DNA of 64,000 nt, taken from Chrysomallon squamiferum. Its lineage: Eukaryota > Animalia > Mollusca. Below the pieces are notes generated by a model, which was not told the DNA's origin, searched no databases, and worked only from the letters and a program-made list of their open reading frames with translations. Numbering within the stretch: the first letter of the stretch is position 1; each line of letters begins with the position of its first letter. Location: NCBI GenBank assembly GCA_012295275.1, contig CM022667.1:14446001-14510000 (forward strand), read 5' to 3'. Positions 12,432-24,902 of the stretch are shown in pieces. Made by a program: the position numbers and the translations under genes.

Positions 12432-13349
12432 TAGATAAATATGTCGAATACAACAGATATAAATAATCTAATTATACATATATCGATAAGTTTAAAGTTT
12501 TCACTGAAATATCTATTAAAACAACTTCAGAATGTGGCATAAAACAAGGCCTATTTGTGAAATACAACATAATGAAGATATTTTAGAAGTACGTAAATAC
12601 AAAATGGAGAGTGGGTTATCGGGGGGGGGAGAGAAGAAAAAAAGAAAAGAGAAAGATGATAAGATATACACATGCACACACAAACAAAACGTGCATTCTC
12701 ATAATTTACGTTCATATAATAAAGTAGTTAAATATAACAGGATACAAATATAATGCACCATCTCCCGCACATTAAACTAAGGGAAATACATTCAGAAACG
12801 AATACAAAATTTTAGAAAAAGGGGTTCACGTAATATGTTTTGAAAAAAAAAAAAAAAAAAAAAAGTGGTATGCTCTCACTTACTCACATCTGACTATTCA
12901 TACATTATTTAAAGTCCTGTTATTCAAACTGCATTAAGTACAGTGCTATTTCTGTCTTTTAAAATCGACATTCTAATATAGGTAATTTTCCAACATCGCA
13001 TTAATTTAATTAATTACGAAATGTTTTATTAGTAGTATTATATAAGCAAACATTGTAATGTCTTGTACAGTATTAGTAAGATTTTCATGTGATAATATAT
13101 TATCATAATCATCTTTGTTTTTCTTGTTGTTTTTATTATTATCTACCATACTTATACTATCAATAGGTAAACTGCGGAGATTAAACTTTAAATCGGTTTA
13201 CTTTAAATTACAAACAATATGCAACTTACATAACTAATAAGACAGAAATGGTTATTTAAGAAAATACAGATTGGTTTTTATTTCGCTATCTCATTGCAGC
13301 TATCTTATTAGTTGCGTTTGCGACATATTATCTTGATAACGACAATTGT

Positions 13350-13445
13350 AATTATGACCCGGAAGTTGAATGGTGACGCAGTTACTATGGGAGACCCGTA
13401 AAGCTAAATGGCGTGCTACCATTATAATTGACTTCCTGTGTGGAT
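13350..13445 (+). promoter_or_regulatory. Putative promoter of the 455-aa gene (ETS, CRE-like, RFX X-box, YY1-like)
   Basis: CCGGAAGT 13359-13366, TGACGCA 13374-13380, GTTACT-ATG-GGAGAC 13381-13395, AAATGGCG ~13406, ACTTCCTG 13431-13438; at the start of a CpG-richer region leading into the ORF. Confidence 0.55.
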
Positions 13446-13918
13446 TATGGCCGAGTTGACAGGTTTGGTTATTTGTTTCTGCTATTCCCATGTGTACGCT
13501 AAGAACGTAATGTTGTATTATTCAGCGTATGTTGTGGATTTTAACAGAACTTTTCTCTCGGCGTAATAAACTGCTTCACAATGCAACAAAGTGTCCGCAA
13601 TCGAGTGATAACAAAAAAGTCATTGAGCGTTTTGTCAACAACAATAGACCTAACTCGCCAAGCCTGAGTTTCATCGATTTACACGCCTCAGTAGATTTTC
13701 GTACCAGAACTACTTTTGTGTTCTAAACATCTGAAGCTTTTGTCGTTTCGTGAACATGTTTACGTTCAGTTCAATGAACTTTATGTCCATTTTCTGTTAT
13801 TCGAATCACAAATCGTATAGATAAACCTTGATGCGGGACTTTCGAAAAATTGTTAGCCGTGTTGTCCGTGAGTCATGTTTGACCTAAACGAAGATTTCTG
13901 CAAATTCCAGTTGTTGTC

Positions 13919-15286
13919 ATGTTATCAGATCCTAATGAATCAATTACTGGTCATGAAGAAAAATATACTGTTAAATGTGCTCCCTTTTTGGGGGACAAAA
14001 CACTAATTAACCAGCTAGTCGATTGTAGTGACGAAACCAAAATATTGAAATATACAGCAAGAAATTCTATAAATACTTGTGATTTGGGAGAGGGAATATG
14101 TAGTTGGACGCAGCCCGCTTCACGCCGAAAGTACGATACTAAGCAAAAAAGAAGAAAACAGGTAGCTGAATGTGATAAACCCAAGGTAGCTATTCGTTTG
14201 GTTAGTGATGATTATAATAATAATTTTTCTTCGCAGTTTTGGAAGTCAAACGTGGAACCAGGAACATTTCGATACATTCCTAACAACGGTCAGTACAGAC
14301 TGAGCAAAATGTGTCGTGAACAACGAGACTGGTACACAGTCAGGAAAAAAGTGGCTGAAAAAGTAACGCCAACATTACAAGCAATATACGCTCAAAGAGA
14401 GATAAAGATTATGTTAAGAAATGATTTTGATATAAGAAAATCTACAAAACAAGACCGAGAAGATAAAGGTACAAAAAGTGCTTGCCCTGAGAAATCGGGT
14501 GAAACAATTAAGCCTAAAGAAATAGATTCACACTTGGCCAAATCTGCTAGTGATTTGTATATCGAGAATATACCCTGTCGTTTAAATGTTTTGGAAAAAG
14601 AAATTAAAAGAGATAACGCGCTGGTACGCAGAACTTTAGAGTTTGATGAAAATGCTAAAGCGCATCCATCCAGAACCAAATTCAAGGATCAAAAAGTTCC
14701 TAAAGAATGTTTTAGCAGTACTTCTAGTGCAAACAGTACGCAAGGAGATTCGTCCTCGACTGAAGCTTTTGTAATAAAAGCCGTTGGAACATTTGAGAAG
14801 CTACGTCCTTTGGAGAAAGTCACCCCACAACAGCGAGCTCTGCAAGATGTCCGGAACGAGAAAAAACCACAGAAAATTCGTAGTAGCGAGAACGCTGTTA
14901 GTATTGAGGTGAGTTCTGTGAAAAGCCTCGGACATGAACCGTCCAATGCAGAGGATTTGCAGCCTACTCAAAAGAAAATTACGCTAACAGCCGAAAATCA
15001 TTCTTCATTTACAGAACGTTTTGAAAATGGCACACGTGAAAATCAGTGTAAGTGTTCAAAACCACAAGGTGATCGAGAAATCAAATCAAAAGTTTCTGTG
15101 TCTTCCCCGGAACTATATCCTATTGATTTTGAATATGCCTCGCCCAGTGACGAAATCTGTGGTACTAAAGCCATTATGTCAAACAGAAAATCACGGAACT
15201 TATCTAATAAGAAGCAATGTTCTAACCTTCCAGATATTTCAGGAAGGAGAATTCAAATTTCTGTTACGTCTCAGAGACTGCTATAG
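13919..15286 (+). CDS. Uncharacterized 455-aa protein, single coding exon; C16orf46-like
   Basis: 1.37-kb open frame in ~30% GC DNA, no TE motifs, promoter motifs upstream. N-terminal DKTLINQLVDCSDET...DLGEGICSWTQPAS and C-terminal LPDISGRRIQISVTSQRLL* resemble remembered human C16orf46 (EKNHVYCLLDVSDIT...GWEEAVQGWGRTSP; LPSLTVSRVIIPVSTHRIL*). Coding status is more certain than orthology. Confidence 0.82.
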   Translation: MLSDPNESITGHEEKYTVKCAPFLGDKTLINQLVDCSDETKILKYTARNSINTCDLGEGICSWTQPASRRKYDTKQKRRKQVAECDKPKVAIRLVSDDYNNNFSSQFWKSNVEPGTFRYIPNNGQYRLSKMCREQRDWYTVRKKVAEKVTPTLQAIYAQREIKIMLRNDFDIRKSTKQDREDKGTKSACPEKSGETIKPKEIDSHLAKSASDLYIENIPCRLNVLEKEIKRDNALVRRTLEFDENAKAHPSRTKFKDQKVPKECFSSTSSANSTQGDSSSTEAFVIKAVGTFEKLRPLEKVTPQQRALQDVRNEKKPQKIRSSENAVSIEVSSVKSLGHEPSNAEDLQPTQKKITLTAENHSSFTERFENGTRENQCKCSKPQGDREIKSKVSVSSPELYPIDFEYASPSDEICGTKAIMSNRKSRNLSNKKQCSNLPDISGRRIQISVTSQRLL

Positions 15287-17356
15287 CGGCGGGACGGTAT
15301 GTTTAATTTATGTGTTAATTCTGAAATGGATGCCGCATTTTCAAATATGAAACTTCTTTAAGCTTATAATTTCATATTAATAATATAAAAAATGAAGAAG
15401 AAGAAGAGTAAGACGTAATCATGTCACAAATTTTTTCCTGTTTCAGAGTAATATCTGTTATCTTGTTATATTTGTTTTAAAAAATAATGTTATTAATAAA
15501 ATGAATATTACGTATATTAAAATAAAAAGGAAAAGGAAGCAAATTAAACTGAAGGAAATTTTTTCAATTACTAAATATCTTTTTTAACATATTTTCTGAA
15601 TTTGTATATTTTTTATTGATTTACTTTTATTTTATTTTATTTTATTATTATTATTTTTTTTTTTTTTACAAAATGCTCATTCAGGGTCACACGGGTCAAA
15701 ATATTCATGTATGCACTTGTAAGAAATAGGTGTCAATTCAAGATTGAGCATAACAATATCTTTTGTAATTAGGGATAGACCCCCATTCATGATACAGTCA
15801 GCAGTTCACGCAAAGTTGTATTAAATGATCTTCACTCATTGTTATTGCTCATAAGCCCGTTCGTTGCTCCAAGTGTGTTAAGATATTAAGAAATTAAACA
15901 ATGCCGCGTTGAGTGGATATATACAAATTTGAAAAGCCTTCTAATATATATATAACTTCAAAATTGACAATGAAGTTGTTTTATATTGGATATTTCCTAT
16001 AAATTGTTACAAAAGCTTTAATATTTAGAAATTATGGCCCACTTACAGAGTTTTTTTTAAAAATCTCTTTGTACTTAAATATGTTCTATTTCAGGACTGT
16101 TTTGAAATTGTTTGTTTAGTATTAGTCTGAATTTAGAGCATTTTTTTTGTTTTATGGTTTATTTAAAATGTTATATCAGAAAGCAAAGCATTATGTGAAC
16201 TGTGTCGTACGTAATTTAAAAAAAAAAAAAAAAAAAAATACATTTTCGATATTTGTTTTTATTTTTATTCATCTTTTAAAACAAGTGCAATTTACATGAG
16301 CACCAATTAAAAATACTTATAATAAAACCAATTTTTATCAAAATACACATCATTAGGATTAATAAATTTAATCCTTTCTTTACGCCATTGTATTTTGATA
16401 ATAAATTTATATAATTATATTGTATAGTTTATATTTCTACAATCGTTTTAGTTTAATTTTCGGAATGGCTATAGATAACAGACTGGAGTCTGATTTCTGA
16501 CAATCTAAGGCAAAAAGAGAAAAACAAAGTAATAACAATGAGAAGAAAAATTGTAATAACGGTTTTGTGCATATACCTTTTTCTTCCTTTAGCTGCCAAA
16601 AAATGTGGTTAAAAAACTTATGAACTTTCTTCCCTTTTATGCAAGTATTATCTTAAAAAATATCACGCAAATTTACTCAAAAAATTAAATATTCATTGTT
16701 TCAGTATTAACATATATCAGAACTTTTCATTTCTTTTCTTTTTGTTTCGTTTATTATTATTATTTTTTTTTTAATGATGATGTTACTTTGTGTATGGCTG
16801 TCTGCTTATGTATGGATCGTTATGTACTTACGTGTGCATCCGAACGGGCGCGCGCGCGTGTGTGTGCGTCTGTGTAATTATATGAGTAGGACTGTGAACG
16901 TTCATATTCTACCTGCTCAGTGCAATTTGGAAGTTCTGTTTGTTGTTTTTCCATTGCATCTATCTGCAAATCACTTAATTACGGTGGTGTAAATGATGGA
17001 CGAAATGATTACTTTTCCACAGATGCCAGTATATGTACATTAATACTGTTACAATTATTTTGTGTCAAATATATGCATTTCTTTGAATGAAGTCATTTAC
17101 TAAACGGGGAAAAAGTGAAGAAGACGAAATATGCCTTATATTAGATATGTGGTGATTTACTTTGAAAGTAAAAAAATCATTTTAAAAAATGTTATATTAT
17201 TTTTATGCTACCATATAAAATATAAAAATACAATCTTTATATCCTACCTTTGTATGAATAATCTGTTTATTAAACGATATAATATTATTTCTTGTGTTTT
17301 TCTTTTTTCTTTTTTAGCTAGATCTTCTTCATCGTCTTGTTATTATTATTTTAAAT

Positions 17357-17358
<2 letters not shown>

Positions 17359-17396
<38 letters not shown>
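17359..17396. repeat. (CA)n microsatellite
   Basis: Seen directly in sequence. Confidence 0.95.
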
Positions 17397-17399
<3 letters not shown>

Positions 17400-17718
17400 T
17401 ACGTTAATATAGATAGATAGAGAGATGTATTTATGTATGTATTCAGCAACATTTGAATGCAGTTAACGCCAAACATTTCCTGACCTTGTTGACTGCACAC
17501 ACACACACACAATACAGACATTTATATTACTATTTTTATTTTAATACAAATTTTATAATGAAAACATTTGCTAGATCGACTGTATTTGAATCGTTTTTCG
17601 TATGTAACGGCAGTTCCATTCAGGCGAAGTCAATCGGATTCACATTTTAAAATGTAATAATCGTTTATTTGTTCACTGCAGGTCTGTAATTTTTCTGAAG
17701 AAGAGAGCTTAAAAAAAA

Positions 17719-17767
<49 letters not shown>

Positions 17768-19031
17768 ACCAAACATGTTTTTACAAGTCAGATACTTCCC
17801 ATGAGTATGTTAATGCAAGAAAACGATACTAGATACTTATCTCAAGGCTATAAAGATAAGTACGGTTCATAGAAACTTTACAGAAAATCTTCTCACCTCT
17901 TAATGTGCCTCTTCACCTAGTTTGTACATACAGCAGTTTATTATTTAGAGAGAAAAAAAAAAAAAAAAAAAAAAAAACAATAAATTAAACCCACGTAAAT
18001 GCAAATAACACGTAGCCTCCCGCCACGACAACAATCATGACAATAGCAACAACAACAACAACAATAAATAACGAGTAAAACTGTCTAAATAAATATGTAG
18101 AACGAATAATTAAAAATAAATAAATAGGTAAAAATAGAATGAAAGAAAGAAAGAAAGAAACGAAACGAAACGAAATGAAAAAAAAAAAATCCTAAATAAT
18201 TTAAATCTTAATTTATCTATCAATTAATTAAAAATGAATCAATTTAGTTCGAAGTAATAAAACTTTTCACATTAACGTTTCTGTTTACCCCGTCCATTGC
18301 TGTTATTGTGTTTTTTAGCGTGAACCGACGTTTAGTGTGTTAAATATGTGAGTGCATCATTAGAAAAAATAACATTTGCAGCTTTAAATTTCTTTTAAAA
18401 TAATACCAATTAAGAAAACCCGACGAAGAAACTACAGTAATATCACATGACAGATTTTGGCGCCCTCTGTGATTTTAGATCTCTCTTAATTCGTTTGATT
18501 CATTTTATTTCATAATAATAATAATAATCATCATCATCATCATCATTTTATTTTTATTTATTTTGTTTCTTAGTATTTTACAGTTCATTATTTTATTAAT
18601 TTTCCTTTTTGCTTATTATTTTTTATTTCTTTCTCGTTTATCTTGTTATACTACAAGTGTCATTGTTCAAACTTTGACCCTACAATGCAGCGTTGTATCA
18701 TCCAAATGTTCCCCCACTATGCGATCTCGGCTCTGATTTTGGGTTAGTGTTACAAGAATACTGATAAACTACTAAACAAACTTGCATGGTATCTGCCAAC
18801 AGTCTGATTTCGACAGTAAAATAAATATGTCTGCGGGCGGTTCTCGACTGATCTGATTAAATAATGACGAACGTACCGTTAACGTATTTATTGTTTTCTT
18901 ATTGAAACGGCGCTCTGCGTTCTTCGTGTCTGTTATAGTTCCTGGGTAGCGTCACATTGTGAAAATGTTTGTTTAAAGGATTTTAATGACTGGTTTTCGC
19001 AAAGAATAATCCAACCAGTCTCTCTCTACCA

Positions 19032-19063
<32 letters not shown>

Positions 19064-19526
19064 GTGATCATGTTTAGATTGTTTGTCCTTGTGTGAATTC
19101 ACTCAGACGAGTAAAGTGTTTTAATAAGTATTAAAAATATAATAACTCCATTGTGATGACCGACAAGGAATTGAAAGTTATAAAATACACTGAAGGAAAT
19201 AAAAGATCATTTAATTTTATAATTTATCTTTCATCCAATCAAACTTTTTTTAAATTTTATTTTAGCAAATTCCGCTTGCTAAAGATCACTGGAGCAAAAT
19301 TATAACTGGAATTCTGTGATTATAAGGTTTATATAAACACAAAGAGAAACAAACGACGGAATGATAATTATTAAATATTCAAATTAATTATCAAATTAAA
19401 TATAATAATTTTCAAATAAATAAATAAATACCAAGTGACTACATATATCAATTCATAGCAACAATAATTTATATTATATATATAAAGAAAAAAAAGGTTT
19501 ATGACTAATATTTTTATTTCATTATG

Positions 19527-19543
19527 TTCTTCTTCTTCTTCTT

Positions 19544-19572
<29 letters not shown>
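19527..19572. repeat. (CTT)n microsatellite
   Basis: Seen directly in sequence. Confidence 0.95.
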
Positions 19573-19574
<2 letters not shown>

Positions 19575-19793
19575 TTATTATATTGCTGTATTAAACAATG
19601 ACCTTTTGGACGCTTACTGGTGTAAATATATTAATATTTTTTTACCTTATTAAGTATTTCTTCGTGAAGAAAAAAAAAAAAATTTCAATTTCAGTCTAGC
19701 TTGTTTTGGCATTTCTGATAATACACTTACAAAACAGATACCTGAAAGATGATCAGTGTACTAATTTTGTCACTATTATTATTATTTGTATGC

Positions 19794-19837
<44 letters not shown>

Positions 19838-22800
19838 TCTTCAATAGCGTACACATTTGTGGTGTCAAACAGTACTCAACAGCTTCATATTTCATGGAAA
19901 ATGAACGTATATAAAAGCTTTATTATAACTTGCACTGGGCACACACGAAGCTTCATTTTTCTAATCCTTAACTGTAATTATTGTAAGATCTAACAAAATT
20001 CCACTTGTATAGGGTATTCAGTTTGTCGTCTGCCTTGACACAGGAATTAAAAACAGGGTATGTACGTCTCTTCAGGCGTTTATGTTCATTTTGTATGAAT
20101 GGTACAAACTGAATACTCTTCTTTACAATGAACGACATATTCCAGGGTGCTGTATTAAATCTAAGTGTGTACAGTGTATTATGAACGGTTATTAAATGCC
20201 AGACATGTTTACTTAACAAAACGTAACACATTTTATCGCCTGTTATGATGTCGAAAAAGGTTATTATTGTTATTATTATTATTATTATTATTACTGTTAT
20301 TACAGTTCTTATTGTTGTTAATATTAATATTATATATGATGAACTCGTTGTCACCTGCGTATGGAAACTCTTTGGTTAAGAGGAGCAGACGGCTCAATTT
20401 ACACTGAAAAAAGCACAGATACAAATTTTCTTCTTGCTTTGCCCGAAATTAGTGGAGCAATTTCCTGCTCCCCTCCTTCTCAAGACAGCAAGAAGTGTTT
20501 TACATGTGTACCTTCCTAAGGGCTGTAAAATCACTTAAAAGAACGAGAGGGGATGGGACAGGTAATAATAATAATAATAATAGCTCTGACTACTCGCAGA
20601 GGAGGAGTGATAACGTCATACATAATACGTTTTGTTTTTCAGGTCTACTTTCTGAACTCTGAACTTACAGCCCATTTCTTAGACATGACATCGTAGCCTA
20701 ACTGCGTCTCTTTACGTCTGTCCGTGACCCTGAGACTCGTGCTTATCGAATTTGTAGTTTATGTATTGTTTATAGAAACCAGAGCAGTTCTTTTGTTCAG
20801 ATGAATGTGTCATTTTGCAGTGTGACATGACAGTGGGTGCAGTAGGTTGCACGAATGATTAAATGTATGGAGGGCCAAACAGTAATAAAATTATTATTAT
20901 TATTATTATTATTTTTTTTTTTTTTTTGAAGATGGCGCTGCTAGTTACTTTGCCAGTTGTTTAAAACTGATTGTTTAAAAATAAGAATTATAATATTTAA
21001 TTTGTTCATTCGTTGATTTAGTTTAGCAGGATCAAAGGAGAATTTTAACACAGGGCAATTGGATTAAATAATATTTTAAATAGATAAAAGGAACAATAAA
21101 AATAGGTGTGTAAGTAAACAAATATAAGTAAACAGAAGAAATCATTACTTTATAATTCATAAATGTGGTTTTTAAGAGTATAATTATCCTATGTAAATAA
21201 TAATAATAATAATAATAATAATCATAATAATCATAATAATCATAATAATAATAATATTATTATATATAAAAAAATAATAAAAAAAAAAAAAAAATAAAAT
21301 AAAATAAAATAAAATAAAATAAAATAATAGCCAACTAGTGTATGTGTATGTATGCATAGTGTCAGTGCATGACACAGCTGCTGAACGTAATTACTAAATT
21401 TGTTAATTATTTCTGTTGATTGGAAATAACAAATTAATCTTTCGTGTAAAAACATTAGCTATTATAATCAATTATATTAAACATTTGCATTTAATAATTT
21501 CATAGTTCCGTTTAGTCTGAGATCTTGTCTCCCTAAATTTTTAAATTTAAACAAAATATTCTCTTGACCGTGCAAAATATAAATCCTTTTTGCCATCTAA
21601 AAATAATCAAGGAATGCTATTACAAGCTGAACATATTCCCTGTAGAATATAGCAATAACTATTTTACCTGTTAGGTGCAATTAATCTTGCCCGTTTCTGG
21701 TTAACTCTTTAATAATGGAGCTTGCAATGGGACACCAGATATTCACTCAAATGAATCATTTAAATGAATAATATATAATCAAGTGCCAAAACCACATTTT
21801 CAAGCATGTTTACAGATCTAGGTAGGCACTAAGAGTAAGGTTTTTGACCTTACATAAATGAGGACAACCAGTTTCGATTGTAAAAGATTGTCCATTTTAC
21901 ATGAAAATGTTTTATAAAAGATTACTTGAAACCCTATTATGCAAGTCAAAATAGATGTACATCAGAGCATACCCTAAAGGTATTTTGTGTTGTTTAATTT
22001 AAATGAATAACCCATGTTATCAATATATATACTGCAAACACCTCTGTTGGTCAATAAAACAAATTTATGAAAAAACAAAACACCAATCATCAAAAAAGTG
22101 AGAAAAAAAATGTATTAACCAAAAATATAAAGAAGCTTTGCAGAAAATATAAATTAATAACAAAGATACTGTAGCCATGCTAAAATATCTGAATTTAAAC
22201 AAATGTAGATCAAAAATGTTTTTTCTTGTTTGTCCAGGTGAATCCAATTATTTTAAAAATACCAGTATAAAAAGTGATTACCCAGCAGTTCGTGAATGTG
22301 CTGGTATCAAATGTTTTTAGATTTTCATATATTTTAATGTGTTAAAATGGAAAAGAAATAAACAAGTAGACATCAGTAATAGCAGATGTAAACATCCCTC
22401 GGTCTATCTCTGTGATTTGAACCTGTCATGAGTGTGTCAATAAAATATTTTATACAGCGTCATAATCCAAGAACTAAGATAATTGATATTTTAATTATTC
22501 AACACTGCATGTGAGGCATTCAAGATTTTTTGAAAAGAAAATGTTACTAAATAGTTGTATTAGTCACGAAACTGCCATATATAGACATTTATGATTTTGC
22601 TAATTAATTTAGTGGCTAAACAGATTTTTGTAAATGACTATTAAAATTGTTGACTAATGGTGTGAAAGAAACATACAATGCATGGGATACTTCTAGAGTG
22701 AAAATAATTGTTCAGTTTCTAAAAAGATATCTTCCAGTAAAAGATAACATAAACCTTTTCTCCATTTTAAATTGTTTCCTATCTACACCATATATTGACA

Positions 22801-24010
22801 GTAATATACTCATTAAAATAAGTTTTTTAATTCTATTATTGTAATTTAAATTAATTCATTTTCACATGCACAAGTGATATTTCATATGTCTTACACTAAA
22901 GTCATTTGTTTCATAAACAGATTAATGATCAGTTACATGTATTTTGGTTTTTCTTAACTGTAACGCATTGTTACTCAATCATCATACACACAATTTTAAT
23001 TATTATTTTACCTTCACATGCATACAATGATATTAAAACCATATCTTACAAAATCTATGAAGTTTTGTAGATTCGTTTCAAAAACTGGTAAATATCAATG
23101 ACTTTTCTTCTTGCCTATTCAAGCATGGATCCTCACTTGGTAAACAAAACAACAGCATACTGCAAGTTTCTTGTTGCAGTAGATTGCATGACTGCTTGCA
23201 TTAATATTAATGAATGTTGTACAATTGACATTTCCTAAGACATTAATTCAATATGAATAATTCATTGTGTTTGTGACTGTCAGCGTCTGTTACATTTATA
23301 TTACACACCTGAACAGTTTTAGTATTTAGCACCTGTAATTAAAATTAATGACAAGATTGGTCTGTAATCTCCAAATTCCATGACATCCTTTAATTAATTT
23401 TTCTCTCATGGTGCAAAAAGGTCTTTCTATTTTTTTTTTTTTAAAACATTTAATCTCCATAGTAATAAACATTGTTTGTAATTATTAATAATTAATTATT
23501 TGATGTGTGAACTATTTTAACATTTTTGTTTTTATACATTGTTTCTGAAATGAAGTAATATAATATAAGCAATTTAAATTTACAATACATTTTAATTAAT
23601 TGCTCAGACGTAAAATCCATAGTGTATGTGTATATTATTAAGCACATGAACTGTTAGAAGTATACACCATTATAACTTTGTATCCTGAAAATCAATGATG
23701 ATAAAAAATATTTAAATTAAGTTTATTCTCAAACAGATGAACTGTTACCTGTATGCACTAAAAAGTGTTGTACCTTAAAATGGATAAACCTAACACAAAT
23801 ATATTTATTTTTTTCTGAATATTTTGACATCATGGAATATGATGTCTGCTGTCTACAATATGTAGTCTACAGTTAACAAAAAAGTATTATAAAATTTAAA
23901 ACCCACTGGTCTCGATTATAGTAAATAAATATTGTATACTTCCAGGTTTATCTGTTACCCGTTTTCAAGTAATCATACAAGACTAATTACAAAGTATAAT
24001 ATATATATAT

Positions 24011-24042
<32 letters not shown>

Positions 24043-24902
24043 ATAAATGGTGGATATATATTCATCTAGATTTTAAATTTTTTCACTCATTTTGAAGTTC
24101 TTATCCGTAATCACAAAAATGATGTTTATTCTTTACTCTCAGTTGTTACTTTCACTAATAAAACTTAACAGTACCAACACTTTCATATTATTAGGTTTGA
24201 ATACACCTATTTCTGACACAGTTATAAGAGATACCTGTAAAATTATTGATATTTGTCTGACTTGTCAATGCACTTGATCAAACATTGAAAATACATATAT
24301 TATATGTATTTTTACACATAGACAGAAAACAAATAAATACACAGACATAAACAGGTACATATATATTTACATATACATAAAAAAACAAAAATAGCACCCT
24401 CTAATTTATGCATTAGATAGATGATAGAATAATGTACAAAAACATGTATAAATAATAAATAATTTACCCAGGCATATAACAACATTTTGAATAGCTTTTA
24501 ACTATAAATTAAAGCTTATAATTTTCTTTTAATACACACAAATCAATGTATATTTTTACTGAGGTGTGGTTAAATGTTCTTTCACATCTTTATTCTGATG
24601 TATGTAGTTGTGTTTTATCAAATAATAAACTGTTTAATATTATCAAATTCATTTCAAGTATTAGTAATTAAAATTACTTTTAAATTTAAAAATTCTTTAA
24701 AACTGCTTACCTTTTGACAATGTTCATCAGTATTTTAGTCATTAAATAATTAAATAAATAAATAGTAAACAGAAAAATTATATGACTGATAATAAAAAAA
24801 TATATAATAATAATAATAATAAAAAAAACTTTAAATAGAAATAAAATGAATTAAATCTGTAGAAATTTTCTTCAATTGTTAACAGCACTGTCCATTCTAC
24901 TG

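Noticed and set aside
13951-14946. Minus-strand ORFs inside the 455-aa gene, and opposite-strand ORFs inside ATMIN exon 4 (24876-26968)
   Set aside because: Shadow ORFs of real coding sequence, with no independent features.
20720-20850. Fragments resembling miR-10/miR-125 (ACCCTGAGA…CGAATTTGT) and let-7 (GTAGGTTG)
   Set aside because: Only short partial matches, with no full mature sequence and no pre-miRNA hairpin.
22395-22440. B-box-like GGTTCAAATC on - (similar at 63114)
   Set aside because: No cloverleaf or A-box; at most a SINE remnant, not a tRNA.
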